A program made the translations under genes and the position numbers. A stretch of 45,410 nt of DNA from Mucilaginibacter sp. (lineage in GTDB: Bacteria > Bacteroidota > Bacteroidia > Sphingobacteriales > Sphingobacteriaceae). This document shows, one piece after another, positions 32,142 to 42,341 of the stretch (the stretch's first letter is position 1; each line of letters opens with the position of its first letter). The stretch is from positions 1-45,410 of the forward strand of contig JAQNCM010000411.1 of the NCBI GenBank assembly GCA_029237615.1, in the 5' to 3' direction. The notes beneath the pieces are model-generated. The model saw nothing but the letters and a program-made list of their open reading frames with translations. It had not been told where the DNA came from and did no database searches.

Positions 32142-32642
32142 CTAAAAAGTGTATTTCAATCCTAAGCCAGGCGCGATGTCAAAAAAAGGCCCGGTAGCCA
32201 ATTCGGCACGTGGGTTAAGGTCCAGACTTATGGCAATAGGTGATTTTGGTACCAGGTATTCTAACCCTAAAACCCCATCAACACCTAACAGCAGCTGACT
32301 TTTATTGTAGGTTTCATTAGTGCCATTAAACCGCTGATACACCCCGCTTCCTACCGCTCCTATATGAGCGCCTGCCCCGTAATAAAATCTTAATTCGTGT
32401 ATTCCAAATGCTTCCTGGTAAATTTCGTATAAGCCGGTTACTACCACACCATGATTCCTGAACCCCAATATGCCTTCAAGCGCAATGTCATTAAGCGTGA
32501 AGTATTTTAAAGAAACGCCGTTTTCATAACCGCCAAACTTTACACCAACCGCTGTTTTATAATTGTTTTGGTCCTGTGCATTGGATGTTTCGCTGATCAG
32601 TAAGAAGAGTGCAAAAGTGAAGAAGTAAAAAATTTTTTTCAT
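32142..32642 (-). CDS. Small outer-membrane beta-barrel protein of unknown function
   Basis: Signal peptide, alternating amphipathic strands (FYYGAGAHIG, LGVDGVLGLEY), terminal GLGLKYTF. Confidence 0.75.
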   Translation of the reverse strand: MKKIFYFFTFALFLLISETSNAQDQNNYKTAVGVKFGGYENGVSLKYFTLNDIALEGILGFRNHGVVVTGLYEIYQEAFGIHELRFYYGAGAHIGAVGSGVYQRFNGTNETYNKSQLLLGVDGVLGLEYLVPKSPIAISLDLNPRAELATGPFFDIAPGLGLKYTF

Positions 32643-32836
32643 GGGATGATATTTTAAAACTCAACGTAAAAATTCAAGTTTTATGGTATTTTAATCAAAT
32701 AAATAACTACTAAGTAATTAAATACTGGATATCAATATAATTGTTTTGAGTTGTTTCAAGGCAATTATATTTTAATAATACGGTCCGCCTTTTAGCAGGA
32801 TAATTATTGATATTTTAGGCAAATTAATTTCAGAAT

Positions 32837-34597
32837 ATGGGCAAAAATGAAATCAGGTTAATACCGGCGTCGGCGATACGGCTAAATTTATGTAAACATG
32901 TTTACGGCATAGCGGCAGTTATGTCTTTAAGTGTTTTTTTATTTTCATCAGCCGCCCGCGCCCAGGAGCCTTCCATGAACGTGAAAAAGGAGAATTTCCA
33001 CAATGGAATGGTGGTTTGTGCTACTCCTGATGCAGCAAAGGTAGGGCTGGATATATTAAAAAAAGGCGGAAACGCGGTAGACGCAGCAGTAGCAGTACAA
33101 TTTGCGCTGGCTGTAACCCTTCCTGAGGCTGGCAATATTGGTGGTGGCGGGTTTATGGTTTACCGTTCGGCACATGGTGAAAGCAATACGCTTGATTTCC
33201 GGGAGAAAGCGCCTGCCAGAGCAAGTCAGAATATGTATTTGGATAGCGCAGGAAACGTTGTACCAAATATGAGTATTGCTACGCACAAGGCGTCGGGTGT
33301 GCCGGGTTCCGTGGACGGTATGGTGGAAGCATACAATAAATATGGGAAGCTAAAATGGGCCGACCTGGTACAGCCTGCTATCGACCTTGCCCATAACGGG
33401 TTTAAGATCACAGAAAAACTTGCTTCTGACCTTAATCGTAGCCGTGCTCAATTCGTAAAGCTTAATCCCGGGAAATCTTATTTGCTAAAGGACGGTGACT
33501 GGAAAGAAGGCGACGTGCTGGTGCAGGAAGACCTGGCCCAAACATTGATGCTGATCCGCGATAAAAAAAGAGAGGGTTTTTATGGCGGTATGGTGGCCGA
33601 CCTGCTGGTGAGTGAAATGAAAAACGGCGCCGGACTGATCTCGAAAGCCGACCTCCAAAATTATCATTCTGTTTGGAGAAAAGCGATTTACGGCAATTAT
33701 AAAGGTTATAAAATAATTACCATGCCGCCGCCATCAAGCGGAGGAATTGCATTGCTGCAATTGCTTCAATCAGTTGAAAAATATCCGTTACACCGGTGGG
33801 GTTATAACCGGGATTCAACCGTACAGTTAGTGGTTGAAGCCGAACGGCGCGTTTATGCCGACCGGTCAAAATATCTGGGCGACCCTGATTTTTATAAAGT
33901 ACCGGTAGATAGCCTGCTGAACCCGGCTTATATAGATGCAAGGATGAAGAGTTTTGACTGGAATGCAGCTACTCCAAGCACCAGCATCCAGCCGGGGAAA
34001 TTTGTAGGATACGAAAGCGACCAAACCACTCATTATTCTATTGTGGATAAGGAAGGGAATGCAGTAGCGATCACCACCACTTTGAACGACTCATTCGGGT
34101 CAAAAATATTTGTTGGCGGGGCCGGGTTTTTGCTGAATGATGAGATGGACGATTTTAGCGCGAAACCGGGCGTTCCGAACATGTTTGGCCTTGTGGGCGG
34201 TAAAGCAAACAGCATACAGCCGGGTAAGCGCATGCTATCATGCATGACGCCAACTATCATTGAAAAAAACGGAAAATTGTTTATGGTGGTTGGTACGCCA
34301 GGCGGTTCAACCATCATCACATCCGTATTTCAAACAATATTGAATGTGATTGAATTTGACCAGGATATGCAGCAGGCAGTTAATTCAAAGAGATTTCATC
34401 ACCAATGGCTGCCCGATGTAGTATATGAGGAAAAGGATGCGCTCAGCGATAGTACTGAAACTAAACTCAAGCAAAAGGGATACAAAATTGTTGAGCGGGG
34501 CCCGAGTGGCAGGGTTGATGCCATTTTAATAAACAAAGCAGGTTACCTTGAAGGCGGCGCCGACCCCCGGGGCGATGATACTAAATTGGGGTGGTGA
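32837..34597 (+). CDS. ggt: Gamma-glutamyltransferase
   Basis: GGNAVDAA, GNIGGGGF, LDFREKAP, PPPSSGG, autocleavage site Q/TTHYS, LNDEMDDF, GTPGGSTI, GGADPRGD. Start may be further downstream. Confidence 0.97.
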   Translation: MGKNEIRLIPASAIRLNLCKHVYGIAAVMSLSVFLFSSAARAQEPSMNVKKENFHNGMVVCATPDAAKVGLDILKKGGNAVDAAVAVQFALAVTLPEAGNIGGGGFMVYRSAHGESNTLDFREKAPARASQNMYLDSAGNVVPNMSIATHKASGVPGSVDGMVEAYNKYGKLKWADLVQPAIDLAHNGFKITEKLASDLNRSRAQFVKLNPGKSYLLKDGDWKEGDVLVQEDLAQTLMLIRDKKREGFYGGMVADLLVSEMKNGAGLISKADLQNYHSVWRKAIYGNYKGYKIITMPPPSSGGIALLQLLQSVEKYPLHRWGYNRDSTVQLVVEAERRVYADRSKYLGDPDFYKVPVDSLLNPAYIDARMKSFDWNAATPSTSIQPGKFVGYESDQTTHYSIVDKEGNAVAITTTLNDSFGSKIFVGGAGFLLNDEMDDFSAKPGVPNMFGLVGGKANSIQPGKRMLSCMTPTIIEKNGKLFMVVGTPGGSTIITSVFQTILNVIEFDQDMQQAVNSKRFHHQWLPDVVYEEKDALSDSTETKLKQKGYKIVERGPSGRVDAILINKAGYLEGGADPRGDDTKLGW

Positions 34598-34633
34598 GGT
34601 TTTTGAAGTCCAAAGATCATAGTTTTAATATAG

Positions 34634-34675
34634 CACTATGTACCATGGTCTATGGACCATCGACTATCAACTAAT
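34634..34675 (+). repeat. Heptamer tandem repeat (x6, GACYATS-like)
   Basis: CACTATG TACCATG GTCTATG GACCATC GACTATC AACTAAT. Confidence 0.7.
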
Positions 34676-34719
34676 TTTGTATTTGTATAATCAATTCCGG
34701 TAGTTTAAGTTTGTTAGTT

Positions 34720-35172
34720 ATGCAAAGCAATGTAAAACACCAGGAAACTATCGATTATTTTTTGAAAATAGTTTGGCAAACCGTTGCTAACAGATACAAC
34801 CAATTAGTTACGGAGTTTGGTATAACCCAGTCAATAGGTTACCTGCTCATTAATATTGACGAGAAAGAAGGTACTACTGTTTCGCAGGCGGCGGCTTTGC
34901 TGGGGCTTAAATCAACCAGCCTTTCGAGAATGCTGCGCCAGCTCGAAAAATCGGGATTAATATACCGGGAATCAAATGAAGGTGACAAACGCTCTGTTAA
35001 AATTTATTTAACGGATTTGGGGAAAGAGAAAAGACAGATGGCGAGGGTAATTGTAAAACAATTTAACAATTACCTCAATGCTCACATCAGCGAAACAGAT
35101 AAAGAATATCTGATAAAAACCCTCAAAAAAATAAATCAGCTCACGCTTAATTTTAAACCTGAAGAGCTGTGA
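34720..35172 (+). CDS. MarR family transcriptional regulator
   Basis: Winged HTH: STSLSRMLRQLEKSGLIYR...DKRSVKIYLTDLG; ATG at 34720; TAATTTTG -7 box at 34672-34679. Confidence 0.92.
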   Translation: MQSNVKHQETIDYFLKIVWQTVANRYNQLVTEFGITQSIGYLLINIDEKEGTTVSQAAALLGLKSTSLSRMLRQLEKSGLIYRESNEGDKRSVKIYLTDLGKEKRQMARVIVKQFNNYLNAHISETDKEYLIKTLKKINQLTLNFKPEEL

Positions 35173-35435
35173 TTGAATTTTATCGCCATCAGCATTATGA
35201 CTTTTTTCAATTTGGCGATATATCCGGGTTAACCCGGCCTCAATCTATCAGGATCATAACTAAGGTAATCACACGATTTTCATCAAACCAACGTTATTTC
35301 ATCATTAAAAACAACGCTTATAATAATTTAAACTGTTAAAAAATGTTAAGCTGCTGTTTTTGAATTATAAAAGAATAAATTTGCCTTTTAAACTTATAGG
35401 CGATCATAAAGGCAATTAATTGAATTGGAAACCGG

Positions 35436-35936
35436 ATGAACAGGATACTGTTAATTTTATTGCTTTTTTCTGCTGGTTTAGCTGGTTGCAGTAAAACAAA
35501 TAATGTCAAAGCCCAGATAGCGACACAGGCAACCATTGACGACAAAATAATAACCAACTATTTAAAAGCAAAGAATATCACCGCAAGCGTAGTCGATTCG
35601 GCGGGAGTTTCAACGGGAATATACTATACCATTGATACACTTGGAACAGGGAGCAATCTTTACACCAGCTCGACACAGGTAACGGTAGGTTACAAGGGCA
35701 CTTTGCTTACTACCGGGGTGGTGTTTTCACAAACCGGTAAGTATCATCCGTCATTTGTTTTAGGCACGGTAATAAGGGGCTGGCAACTGGGAATACCAAA
35801 GGTTCAACAGGGGGGAACAATAACATTGTACCTGCCTTCGAAGTATGCATACGGCCCTTTTCCGCAGCCAAGCCTGAATTTGCCGGCAAATGCAATACTT
35901 ATTTTTAATATTAAAGTTTATAATATAACCAACTAA
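35436..35936 (+). CDS. FKBP-type peptidyl-prolyl isomerase lipoprotein
   Basis: Lipobox LAG-C; V.YKGTL, VIRGWQLG, LPSKYAYG, PANAILIFNI; TAAATTTG -7 box at 35376-35383. Confidence 0.9.
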   Translation: MNRILLILLLFSAGLAGCSKTNNVKAQIATQATIDDKIITNYLKAKNITASVVDSAGVSTGIYYTIDTLGTGSNLYTSSTQVTVGYKGTLLTTGVVFSQTGKYHPSFVLGTVIRGWQLGIPKVQQGGTITLYLPSKYAYGPFPQPSLNLPANAILIFNIKVYNITN

Positions 35937-36021
35937 TAACGGACATATTTTTAGGATACACAACAAGGCGATAACCTGGTGATGAAAAGGCTGCAAGGGC
36001 CGTTAAAACAAACAATTACAA

Positions 36022-36969
36022 ATGAAACAAACAATTTTTACGCTCTTATTATTTTGTGTTATGGGTTTACTGTCTTGCAAGAAAGACAGAATTCAACAAA
36101 CTATTAAACAATACGACCAGGCCCAGATTGATAGTTATATAAGCGCAAATGGAATAACAGGTATGACGCGCGATTTGGTTGGCGGTGATACCACAGGTAT
36201 GTATTATAAAATAATAATGCCCGGCTCAGGCGCTCCTATGGCTTATACAGATAAACTTTCACTTGTTTATACCATACGTTCATTTGATGGCAAATACGTT
36301 TTGACCGACACAATAGCTGAACATTTTGAAGATTACCTGGGCCATATTGCTACTGACGGCTTACCGTTAGGTTTACAAACGGCATTAATTAACGATTTAA
36401 AATACCAGGGTGGAAGTATCCGTATACTTATACCGTCTCACCTGGCATATGGTGCAAATGGTGTAAAATCAGGCAGTAGCCATGTCGCGAACGGCTCAAT
36501 TGCGGGTAACCAATGTCTTGATTATTATGTACATGTTATAGGTGGAGACACTAAAATTAAAAGCCAGGCCGCTTACCAGGCGGCTTACGACGACCAGGTA
36601 ATTCAAAATTATATGACGGCAAATAGTTTATTGGGTTACACCAAGACGGCAGATGGCCTTTATTACAAAGTATTAACTCCGGCCACAAGCACTAATTCTA
36701 TAACTCTTTTCAGTTCCATTACTTACACTGCTACCGGCCAGTTATTTAACGGAACTATTTTCGATGATCAAAACGCAACCGCAGCAGTCAGTGATGTCAA
36801 TGCCCTTATACAAGGTGTACAGGAGGGATTAATTGGTAATGCAAGTGTAGGAACCAAAATTTCACTAATGATACCTTCGGCGTTGGGTTACGGCACATCT
36901 TCCACAGGCTCCATTCCTGCGAATAGCTGTTTGAGATTTACGTTTGTTATTACAGCGGTTACGCCGTAA
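36022..36969 (+). CDS. Two-domain FKBP-type PPIase lipoprotein
   Basis: Lipobox LLS-C; two FKBP repeats (IPSHLAYG; IPSALGYG...IPANSCLRF), each preceded by YD.(A/Q).I..Y...N. Confidence 0.88.
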   Translation: MKQTIFTLLLFCVMGLLSCKKDRIQQTIKQYDQAQIDSYISANGITGMTRDLVGGDTTGMYYKIIMPGSGAPMAYTDKLSLVYTIRSFDGKYVLTDTIAEHFEDYLGHIATDGLPLGLQTALINDLKYQGGSIRILIPSHLAYGANGVKSGSSHVANGSIAGNQCLDYYVHVIGGDTKIKSQAAYQAAYDDQVIQNYMTANSLLGYTKTADGLYYKVLTPATSTNSITLFSSITYTATGQLFNGTIFDDQNATAAVSDVNALIQGVQEGLIGNASVGTKISLMIPSALGYGTSSTGSIPANSCLRFTFVITAVTP

Positions 36970-38283
36970 TTATTGGTTTAACGCCTCTTTAAACACCTTT
37001 AAACAGCGGCCGCGCGCAAATGCATGATCGATAATGGGTTTTGGATATTTGCTAAAGTCGGCATATTCCGGAACCCATTTTTTTATGTATTCTAATTCAG
37101 GATCAAATTTTTTAAGCTGTGCATCCGGATTAAATATCCTGAAGTAGGGTGCAGCATCCGTTCCTGAGCCGGCAGACCATTGCCAGCCGCCGACATTACT
37201 GGCCATTTCATAGTCCAGCAGTTTACGGGCAAAATAGCGTTCACCCCATCGCCAGTCTATCAGCAGGTCCTTGCTTAAAAAACTTGCGGTTACCATACGC
37301 ACACGGTTGTGCATATAGCCGGTAGCATTTAGCTCCCGCATTCCGGCATCTACCAAAGGGAAACCTGTTTCGCCATTGCACCAGGCAGTAAATTGTTTCT
37401 CATCATTTACCCACTTTATACGGTCATATTCCGGCTTGAAAGAATGGTTTGATGTTTGCGGAAAATGGTGTAGGATCATCATATAAAACTCACGCCATAT
37501 CAGTTCATTGAGCCAGGTTTTTTCATCAAAAGTATTAACTACGCGGACCAGTTCTCTGATGCTTACCGTACCGAATCTTAAATGCAGTCCTATATGAGTT
37601 GTTCCTCTGATAGCGGGGAAATCCCTTTTTTCGGCATAGCCCGGTATAAACTCTTTGAATTTGACAGGGGGAAACTCCCGGTCACTTTTTTCGAATCCGA
37701 TTTGTTTTAACGATGGTATTGGAAATGCAGTGGTTTTAAGCAGGTTATTAAAATACTTTTTATTAGGGTAGGCTTTTAAATAAAAGGCATCGAGGGTTTG
37801 GTGCCATTTGCGATTATAAGGCGTGTAAACAGTATAAGGTTTGCCATCCTCCTTAATCACTTCGTCCTTCTCAAAAATTACCTGGTCTTTATAAGTATTA
37901 AAGGGTATCCCGCTTTTTTTTAAAATTTCGCATACAGCGTTATCGCGTATTTTGGCATAAGGTTCATAGTCGTGATTGGTGTATACTGCTGTAACATCAT
38001 AATCCTTTAAAAGGTTGTTCCAGGCGTATTCAGGCTTGTCATAAAACACCAGCAGGCTGCTGCCATGTTTATGCAGTTCTTTATTCAGCGCTTCAATGGT
38101 TTGATAAATAAACGTTACCCGTGCGTCATCCCTATCTTCCAGGTGGCCCAATATATTTTTATCAAAAATGAATACAGGCAATACGGGATTTCCGCTTTTT
38201 AGCGAGTGGTACAGGCCGGCGTTATCATTCAGCCTAAGGTCGCGCCTGAACCAAAAAACGGAGACCGGAGCGGGTTTATCCAT
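36970..38283 (-). CDS. phrB: Deoxyribodipyrimidine (CPD) photolyase
   Basis: WFRRDLRLNDN, ELIWREFY, GETGFPLVDAGMREL, MHNRVRM, DWRWGERYF, NVGGWQW, RIFNP. Confidence 0.93.
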   Translation of the reverse strand: MDKPAPVSVFWFRRDLRLNDNAGLYHSLKSGNPVLPVFIFDKNILGHLEDRDDARVTFIYQTIEALNKELHKHGSSLLVFYDKPEYAWNNLLKDYDVTAVYTNHDYEPYAKIRDNAVCEILKKSGIPFNTYKDQVIFEKDEVIKEDGKPYTVYTPYNRKWHQTLDAFYLKAYPNKKYFNNLLKTTAFPIPSLKQIGFEKSDREFPPVKFKEFIPGYAEKRDFPAIRGTTHIGLHLRFGTVSIRELVRVVNTFDEKTWLNELIWREFYMMILHHFPQTSNHSFKPEYDRIKWVNDEKQFTAWCNGETGFPLVDAGMRELNATGYMHNRVRMVTASFLSKDLLIDWRWGERYFARKLLDYEMASNVGGWQWSAGSGTDAAPYFRIFNPDAQLKKFDPELEYIKKWVPEYADFSKYPKPIIDHAFARGRCLKVFKEALNQ

Positions 38284-39187
38284 AAATTGCTTTTAATGCC
38301 GAAGTGATGTCCGGATAATTAAACTTAAACCCGGCGTCTTCAATTTTTTTAGCGGATACTTTGGTACTGCCCAACGCAATGGTACTCATTTCGCCCATCA
38401 AAAGCTTTAAAAAGAATGCCGGCACATTGGGCGCCCATAAAGGCTTATTTAATTGTTTGGCCACCGCCTGTGTAAGCTCCTTGTTGGTTACCGGGTTTGG
38501 AGCTACCATGTTGTAAACACCGTTGAAATCGTCGTTTTCTATTGCATACAGGTACATGTTAATTACATCCTGCCAATGGATCCATGGCGTCCACTGTTTA
38601 CCTGAACCTAATGGCGAGCCGATAAACATTTTTACAGGTATGGCAAGTTTGGCTAACGCGCCGCCGTTATCCAGCACAACACCGGTACGGAATTTTACTA
38701 TCCGCAAGCCCAAATTTTTTCCTTTATCTACGGCGTGCTCCCATTCAATGCAGCATTTTGCCAAAAAATCGTTTGAAGGCAGGCTGGTTTCCGTCATAAG
38801 TTCATCCCCGCGGTCACTATAATAACCAATAGCCGATGCGGAAATAACCGATTTAACCGAATTCTTTTTTGTAAGAAGCAGTTCATAGATGAGCTCAATA
38901 GACCTGGTCCGGCTCTCGATGAGCACGACTTTTCGCTCTTCTGTCCATCGTTCATCTGCTATCCCTGCACCCGCCAGGTGTACTATGGTATCCACTCCGT
39001 CAATACATTGTGCATCAATTTCGCCCTTATGTACATCCCACAAATAAGTTTTAACCCGCGCATCTTTACCTGGTGAACGGCTTAAATTACTTACAGCATA
39101 ACCCTTTGAAAGTAATTGTTTAGTGAGATTGAACCCGATAAGGCCGGTTCCGCCTGTAAGCAGGATATGTTTTTGTTTGTTGTCCAT
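38276..39187 (-). CDS. TIGR01777 family NAD-dependent epimerase-like protein (YfcH/SDR39U1-like)
   Basis: LTGGTGLIG, HLAGAGIADERWT, ASAIGYY, GSGKQW..WIH; overlaps the photolyase start by 8 nt. Confidence 0.92.
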   Translation of the reverse strand: MDNKQKHILLTGGTGLIGFNLTKQLLSKGYAVSNLSRSPGKDARVKTYLWDVHKGEIDAQCIDGVDTIVHLAGAGIADERWTEERKVVLIESRTRSIELIYELLLTKKNSVKSVISASAIGYYSDRGDELMTETSLPSNDFLAKCCIEWEHAVDKGKNLGLRIVKFRTGVVLDNGGALAKLAIPVKMFIGSPLGSGKQWTPWIHWQDVINMYLYAIENDDFNGVYNMVAPNPVTNKELTQAVAKQLNKPLWAPNVPAFFLKLLMGEMSTIALGSTKVSAKKIEDAGFKFNYPDITSALKAIYG

Positions 39188-39286
39188 AGGTTTTGTTGTC
39201 CGTGGTCTATATTTGATAGATCATGGCAATATAAAAATGCTTACTGTCAACTATGACCATGGTAAAATGGACATTAATCCATTTTA

Positions 39287-39598
39287 CTAAACATTTACAC
39301 TGTCCTGTACAACAACTTTACTGCAAAGCGGTTTTGCATAGTTATCAGCAAAAAGTACATGGGTTGGATCAATTTGGTAGGCAGCCTGTGCTTCGTTGGT
39401 ATCGAACAACAGCAGCAGGGATACATCATACGAACGATCAATCACATCCCGGTTGGTATCCGCAGGAACCCCGATATGGATATCCTGGATATGTTCTATT
39501 GGTATCAGCGTATTAAGGCCGTCAATTAATTTTTGTTTATCGGCTTTGTCTTTAAGCCAGAAATGTACGTGATGAACGAAGGTGTTTTTAAGAAGCAT
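39287..39598 (-). CDS. Dabb family (stress-responsive A/B barrel) protein
   Basis: HHVHFWLK, IG.PA.T.R.VID.SY, YQIDPTHV.F, V.DS. Confidence 0.85.
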   Translation of the reverse strand: MLLKNTFVHHVHFWLKDKADKQKLIDGLNTLIPIEHIQDIHIGVPADTNRDVIDRSYDVSLLLLFDTNEAQAAYQIDPTHVLFADNYAKPLCSKVVVQDSVNV

Positions 39599-39847
39599 AA
39601 GATGTGTTTTTACTTGTCTAAAAATGAGAATAAATTAAAGATTTGGCAACCCTTAAGTTTTTAAATCTAAGATAATGGTAGCCTCCGGTATTTTTATAGC
39701 GGTAGCGTTTTGCAGCTTTTTTAATGTCACATTTACAAATCCTTGGTCTATTTAATTACGTAAGTCCGGTAAAAACAGTTTGACGTGAAAGTTACTGCTG
39801 CTTACTTTTATTCCTTGCCTTCTCTTCGGGTAAACAAAGGGATTTAA

Positions 39848-39879
39848 TTGATGTAAAATGATACTTTTTACTATTTTTG
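39848..39879 (+). promoter_or_regulatory. Bacteroidota housekeeping promoter of frr
   Basis: TTG (39848-39850) - N21 - TATTTTTG (39872-39879), ending 16 nt before the ATG. Confidence 0.6.
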
Positions 39880-39895
39880 TCAAAAATGTATACCG

Positions 39896-40459
39896 ATGAG
39901 CGAACTCATTAAAAAACAAGTTACTGATGCTAAAGCTGCAATGGACAGGGCAATTGACCATTGCGATGGCGAATTACTGAAGATCCGCGCGGGCAAGGCC
40001 AGCCCAAGCATGCTTGATGATATTTTTGTTGATTATTATGGCAGTGCTACCCCTTTAAACCAGGTGGGTACCGTAAATACGCCTGATGCGCGTACCATTG
40101 TAGTACAGCCCTGGGAAAAATCGTTACTTGGCGCAATTGAAAAAGCAATTATGGAGGCTAATCTGGGTGTAAATCCACAGAATGATGGTGTTATAATCCG
40201 GATTAACGTACCACCCTTAACTGAAGAACGGCGTCGCGATCTGGTTAAGAAAGCAAAGGCCGAAGCTGAAAGTGGTAAAATCGCCATCCGTAATATCCGT
40301 AAGGATGCCAACGAAAAGATCAGGAAGCTAAAATCTGAAGGTGTTTCGGAAGATGAAATGAAAACAGGCGAAGGTGAGATTCAAAAGTTAACAGATGCCT
40401 ATATTCTAAAAGTTGATCAGCTTTCAGAAGCGAAGGAAAAAGATATTATGACGGTTTAA
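39896..40459 (+). CDS. frr: Ribosome recycling factor
   Basis: IRAGKASP, VDYYGS.TPL, PPLTEERRRDLVK, IRNIRKDAN, KEKDIMTV. Confidence 0.98.
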   Translation: MSELIKKQVTDAKAAMDRAIDHCDGELLKIRAGKASPSMLDDIFVDYYGSATPLNQVGTVNTPDARTIVVQPWEKSLLGAIEKAIMEANLGVNPQNDGVIIRINVPPLTEERRRDLVKKAKAEAESGKIAIRNIRKDANEKIRKLKSEGVSEDEMKTGEGEIQKLTDAYILKVDQLSEAKEKDIMTV

Positions 40460-40480
40460 ATATTAAACTTATGTCAAATT

Positions 40481-40515
40481 AAAGGGAATGAGCTGCTTAG
40501 CCGTTCCCTTTTTTT
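40481..40515 (+). terminator. Intrinsic terminator after frr
   Basis: AAAGGGAATG(A)GCT...AGCCGTTCCCTTT followed by a T run; a TATTTTTG -7 box (40515-40522) for the next gene abuts it. Confidence 0.8.
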
Positions 40516-40586
40516 ATTTTTGTCGAAATTGTTTATCCGGGCATGGCTTTTTCTTTAATGAAAGCCCGCAAATCACTGTCGTTATA

Positions 40587-42341
40587 ATGAAAGTACTTTT
40601 ATCATATCTTAAAAAACACCGTTGGGTAGTTGCACTTGCGCTGCTGCTTGCGGCACTTAATATCGGTTTCTCTCTGCTCGATCCTTATATCACTGGTCGT
40701 ATTGTTGACGAGGTAATTGAGAAACGCAATGCTTTACAATACGCGCAGTATATCCATAATATATTGATATTGGTTGGTGCGGCCATTGGCGTTGCCATGG
40801 TATCGCGTATAGCAAAAAACTTCCAGGATTATTATACCAATATTATTACACAAAAGGTTGGTGCTGAAATGTATGCCGATGGTTTAACACATTCGCTTGA
40901 GTTGCCGTACCAGGTATTTGAAGACCAGCGAAGCGGCGAAACGCTGGGCATTCTCCAAAAAGTACGGCTGGATTGCGAAAAGTTTATCACTTCGTTTATC
41001 AGCATTTTATTTGTGAGCCTTATCGGGATGGTTTTTGTTATTGTTTATTCGGTAAGTGTTAGTTATAAGGTTACGCTTGTTTATTTTGCTGCTATCCCTA
41101 TTATCACATTTGTAAGTATGGCCATGAGCCGCAAGATAAAAACCATACAAAAGCGTATCGTATCAGAAACAACAGCTCTTGCAGGGTCAACCACGGAATC
41201 TTTAAGGAATATTGAACTGGTGAAAAGCCTCGGGCTTGTTAAGCAGGAAATTGAACGTTTAAACAATACCACATATAAGATACTGGACCTTGAACTGAAA
41301 AAGGTAAAATATGTGCGCAGCATGAGCTTTGTACAGGGTACCACAGTGAATTTTGTGCGCAGTGTAATGGTAGTAGTATTATTGCTGCTTATTTTTAAAG
41401 GGACTATTTCGCCGGGACAATATTTTAGCTTTTTGTTTTATTCTTTCTTTTTATTTAACCCGTTGCAGGAGCTTGGAAACGTGATCCTATCATGGCGCGA
41501 GGCAGAAGTTTCATTGGGGAATTTTAGGGGAATATTGAGCACGCCTATTGATAAAAAGCCCGAGAAGCCGGTATTACTGGAAAAAGTAAAGACCCTCACA
41601 TTTGATAATGTGAGCTTTAAACATTTAACGGCCAACCGCAATGCGCTTAATCATATTGGTTTTGAGGTTAGTACCGGCGAAACTATTGCTTTTGTTGGGC
41701 CATCAGGTTCCGGAAAAACTACGCTGGTTAAGTTATTGGTTGGGCTTTATCAGCCGCTGGAAGGCGATATATTGTACAATAATATCCTGAGCAAAGAAAT
41801 AGACCTTGACCAGTTACGTGAAAAGATTGGTTTTGTAACCCAGGATACCCAGCTATTTTCGGGTACGATAAGAGAGAATCTTCAATTTGTGCGCCCCAAT
41901 GCCACAGATGAGGAATGTATGGATGTATTAGAGCGGGCAGCCTGCCAAACCTTGCTGGCGCGTGCCGATAAAGGGTTAAGCACCGTTATTGGTGAAGGCG
42001 GGGTTAAAGTGTCGGGCGGAGAGAAACAGCGGTTGTCTATTGCCAGGGCGTTATTAAGAAGACCGGATATATTGGTTTTTGATGAAGCCACCTCGTCGCT
42101 TGATTCGATAACAGAAGAAGAAATTACGGAAACAATACGGGATGTATCAGAGTTTGATAACCATATCACCATCTTAATTGCCCACCGCTTATCAACCATT
42201 ATGCATGCCGATAATATTTTTGTATTAGAAAAGGGGCATATTGTTGAATCGGGCAAGCACTTTGACCTGCTTGCGCAAAAAGGCCTTTACTATGCCATGT
42301 GGAGACAACAGATAGGTGAAAAAGTTACCGTGGACGCCTGA
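40587..42341 (+). CDS. ABC exporter, fused TMD-NBD half transporter (MsbA/MdlB-like)
   Basis: About 6 TM helices; GPSGSGKT, VTQD, VSGGEKQR, ILVFDEATS, IAHRLST. ATG 40587 preferred because the ORF-track start (40488) lies inside the frr terminator. Confidence 0.93.
   Translation: MKVLLSYLKKHRWVVALALLLAALNIGFSLLDPYITGRIVDEVIEKRNALQYAQYIHNILILVGAAIGVAMVSRIAKNFQDYYTNIITQKVGAEMYADGLTHSLELPYQVFEDQRSGETLGILQKVRLDCEKFITSFISILFVSLIGMVFVIVYSVSVSYKVTLVYFAAIPIITFVSMAMSRKIKTIQKRIVSETTALAGSTTESLRNIELVKSLGLVKQEIERLNNTTYKILDLELKKVKYVRSMSFVQGTTVNFVRSVMVVVLLLLIFKGTISPGQYFSFLFYSFFLFNPLQELGNVILSWREAEVSLGNFRGILSTPIDKKPEKPVLLEKVKTLTFDNVSFKHLTANRNALNHIGFEVSTGETIAFVGPSGSGKTTLVKLLVGLYQPLEGDILYNNILSKEIDLDQLREKIGFVTQDTQLFSGTIRENLQFVRPNATDEECMDVLERAACQTLLARADKGLSTVIGEGGVKVSGGEKQRLSIARALLRRPDILVFDEATSSLDSITEEEITETIRDVSEFDNHITILIAHRLSTIMHADNIFVLEKGHIVESGKHFDLLAQKGLYYAMWRQQIGEKVTVDA

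Noticed and set aside
39599-39895. Possible ncRNA or small ORF (39752..39961) between the Dabb gene and frr
   Set aside because: No recognisable RNA motif or strong stem; the ORF overlaps frr antisense and its promoter.
40488-40586. Cys-rich N-terminal extension of the ABC exporter in the ORF track
   Set aside because: It overlaps the frr terminator and a -7 promoter box; ATG 40587 is the better start.
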